Positions 19,546-21,669 of a stretch of 21,669 nt of DNA are shown here, piece by piece. Below the pieces are notes generated by a model. The model worked only from the letters and a program-made list of their open reading frames with translations. It did not search any database and was not told where the DNA came from. The stretch covers positions 1 through 21,669 of the forward strand of contig NW_021823664.1 in NCBI RefSeq assembly GCF_006345805.1, in the 5' to 3' direction. Source of the stretch: Octopus sinensis (taxonomy: Eukaryota). A program made the translations under genes and the position numbers. Within the stretch, counting starts at the first letter, position 1; each line of letters begins with the position of its first letter.

Positions 19546-19792
19546 ATATATATATATATGTGTGTGTGTGTGAGTGTGTGCATGTTTGTGTGTCTGTGTT
19601 TGTCCCCCCCCCCATCATCGTTTGACAACGGATGCTGGTGTGTTTACGTCCCCGTAACTTAGCGGTTTGGCAAAAGAGATCGATAGATTAAGTACTAGGC
19701 TTACAAAGAATAAGTTCTGCGGTCGATTTGCTCGACTTAGGGCGGTGCTCCAGCATAGCCGCAGTCAAATGACTGAAATAAATAAAAGAGTA
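19493..19792 (+). mobile_element. SINE family B, resumed (TA)n/(TG)n tract and 3' half
   Basis: gtgtctgtgtttgtccccc..tttgacaacggatgctggtgtgtttacgtccccgtaacttagcgg..gcggtgctccagcatagccgcagtcaaatgactgaaa is colinear with the reverse complement of 700-905. Confidence 0.92.
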
Positions 19793-20171
19793 CGCATATA
19801 CATAATTATAGCTACTACTTATTAAACAGAATTTTCTTTTTTTTTCGTAATTCAGTAATTTTTAAAGAACTGACAGGCTTTATTGCGTATAAGATGATCG
19901 ACACACCATCAGCTGGTGTTGAAGGTAGATAAATTTTAACAGCAAGCATAGCTTTCACATTTGAGAAGGCTATCATAACTACGAGGCATCTTGCAGTAGC
20001 ATGGGAAAAAAACCTATAAATAGATCACATGGACGATATCTGTGTTAGAAATGATATCAGGTGTTGTTAAAAACCAGCGGGTATCGTGTATACCTACATT
20101 TTTATAATTCAAGAGTTAAATATTTTAGTATCAAATTGATTATTTATTATGTCCCAAAATATATGCTTTAT

Positions 20172-20427
20172 TATTTGTTCCTTCTCGAGCCATGCCTGGC
20201 TCATAGGGGCGGTTTCCCGGTTTCCTTTGCGTATAAGTTTCCCCACCTGGACGGGACGTCGGTCCGTCGCAGGTGAGCTGCAAGATGCAGGAGGAAAGAG
20301 TGAGAGAAAATTGTGGCGAAAGAGTCAGCAGAAGTTCGTCATTACCATCTGCCGAAACCGCGTGGAGCCGAACCCGCGATCCCTCGACCGCGAGTCCGCT
20401 GCTCTAACCACTAGGCCGTGTGTCTCC
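20172..20427 (-). mobile_element. tRNA-Arg-derived SINE (family D): head/body shared with family C, different 3' tail
   Basis: Minus strand head ggagacacacggcctagtggttagagcagcggactcgcggtcgagggatcgcgggttcg; body ctgactctttcgccacaattttctctcactct; tail ctgcgacggaccgacgtcccgtccaggtgg..ggaaaccgggaaacc..tggctcgagaaggaacaaa. Confidence 0.88.
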
Positions 20428-20479
20428 GATGTTCCAAAATAAGAATCAGTAATACATTCTGAGAACAAGTAGCTATTGT

Positions 20480-20665
20480 TAATGTCAGGCCAGCTTGGAC
20501 GAATCTACCAATGATCAGAGGTTATTCCAGCCATGACTATCCTGCTTTCTAGCGTTTCAAATATCGTGTCTAGGAGCACATTATCCAATGTTATTTGAAG
20601 GAGATTTAGCTGCTACTTCTAGCAAGTAACACGACTACGTAAAGGTTCTCCTGTTGGGTTGCTTG
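20480..20665 (-). mobile_element. Unclassified repeat family F fragment
   Basis: Shares motifs with 3605-3715, ~14850 and 15755-15820. Confidence 0.45.
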
Positions 20666-20943
20666 AACTGAAGTAATTGGCATTAGTAGAAATATTAAGA
20701 TGAAAACATCGTATTATCAATATCATTGTATCTTCAAAGCACGGAGTCTGTTACGTTAAAGGATATAATAGGAAACAAGAGATTTAGTAGTCATGGTAAT
20801 GGTGTTGGTTGCGGTGACAGAGATAAGGACAGTGGCAACTAGAGAGCATGTAAGAAAAATATACAGAGTCTCACTAAAATATATATACACACTGGTAACT
20901 AAATTATCATTTCTTTTTATACATTTTTATTAATCCATTAGAA

Positions 20944-21099
20944 ATAATCTTTTCTACTCTAGGCACAAGGCCCGAAATGTTGGGGAAGGGGCTAGTCGAT
21001 TAGATGGATCCCAGTACACAACTTGTACTTATTTCATCGACACCGAAAGGATGAAAGGCAAAGTCGACCTCGGTGGAAATTGAACTCAGAACGTTAAGA
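20944..21099 (-). mobile_element. SINE family A lacking its head
   Basis: tctactctaggcacaaggcccgaaat..gaaaggatgaaaggcaaagtcgacctcggtggaaattgaactcagaacgt. Confidence 0.9.
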
Positions 21100-21103
21100 C
21101 ACA

Positions 21104-21341
21104 AAATACCTATTTTATTACTACCCACAAGGGGCTAGACACAGAGGGGACAAACAAGGACAGACAAACGGATTAAGTCGATTATATCGACTCCAGTGCG
21201 TAACTGCTACTTATTTAATCGACACTGAAAGGATGAAAGGCAAAGTCGACCTCGGTGGAATTTGAACTCAGAACGTAGCGGCAGACGAAATACCGCTTAG
21301 CATTTCGCCCGGCGTGCTAACGTTTCTGCCAGCTCGCCGCC
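21104..21341 (-). mobile_element. SINE family A, full length, alternative-tail subfamily
   Basis: Well-preserved head and B box; the 3' tail reads ttaatccgtttgtctgtccttgtttgtcccctctgtgtctagccccttgtgggtagtaata instead of the usual tail. Confidence 0.92.
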
Positions 21342-21354
21342 TTACGCATTAGAA

Positions 21355-21669
21355 ATATTGAAGACAGAATTAAATAAATTTCATCTTGGAAGTTTGAAAA
21401 CGCACAGTCGAAGTGCAAAAACAATTTAGGAGAGACTTTCAAAGAGAACTACCGATGCAACTTACTGTCACTCCAATTAGCGATAAGTTTGAAGCAGATG
21501 GAACAGTTCAGAAATGTTCTAGAAGATCGCAGAATTCGATGAGACCCACAAATGTAAGAAAAGGCACTAGAAACGTATTGCCAGAGTTCTGAAAATCTGT
21601 GCGGCTACAGAACCGTGAATTAAGAGTTTCAAAATAACGGCCTCCATTGTATTTTGAAGGCGTTGCCAT
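21355..21669 (+). pseudogene. Tc1/mariner-superfamily transposase N-terminal remnant (DUF4817-like HTH region), runs off the window
   Basis: With one frameshift after 21404: WKFENA/VEVQKQFRRDFQRELPMQLTVTPISDKFEADGTVQ, then KSVRLQNRELRVSK after an in-frame stop. Recognised by resemblance to mariner-like transposases carrying a TITRIRDKFEADGTV-type motif. Confidence 0.75.

Overview
AT-rich, repeat-saturated eukaryotic genomic DNA. The SINE families resemble those typical of octopus (coleoid cephalopod) genomes; this is inference from pattern recognition, not a database hit. No host protein-coding exon is supported, and nearly all listed ORFs are translations of microsatellites. The window holds many copies of several tRNA-derived SINE families, a 5'-truncated frameshifted CR1-clade LINE (~6125-7860, minus), a Tc1/mariner transposase remnant at the right edge, small DNA-transposon derivatives (piggyBac-like and hAT-like MITEs, a non-autonomous Helitron) and long simple-repeat tracts. 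The standout is a ~1.9 kb insertion (17612-19490) that splits a SINE at its internal (TA)n tract. It is a near-perfect palindrome (arms ~900 bp, 6-nt loop) with a minimal type I hammerhead ribozyme motif near the outer end of each arm. Two further degenerate hammerhead-like units lie tail-to-tail around a (TA)n tract at 5415-6120. Together these suggest a (TA)n-targeting, hammerhead-carrying Penelope-like retroelement system that can make fold-back insertions. A second ~480 bp fold-back element with a T-shaped twin-hairpin apex lies at 14282-14762.
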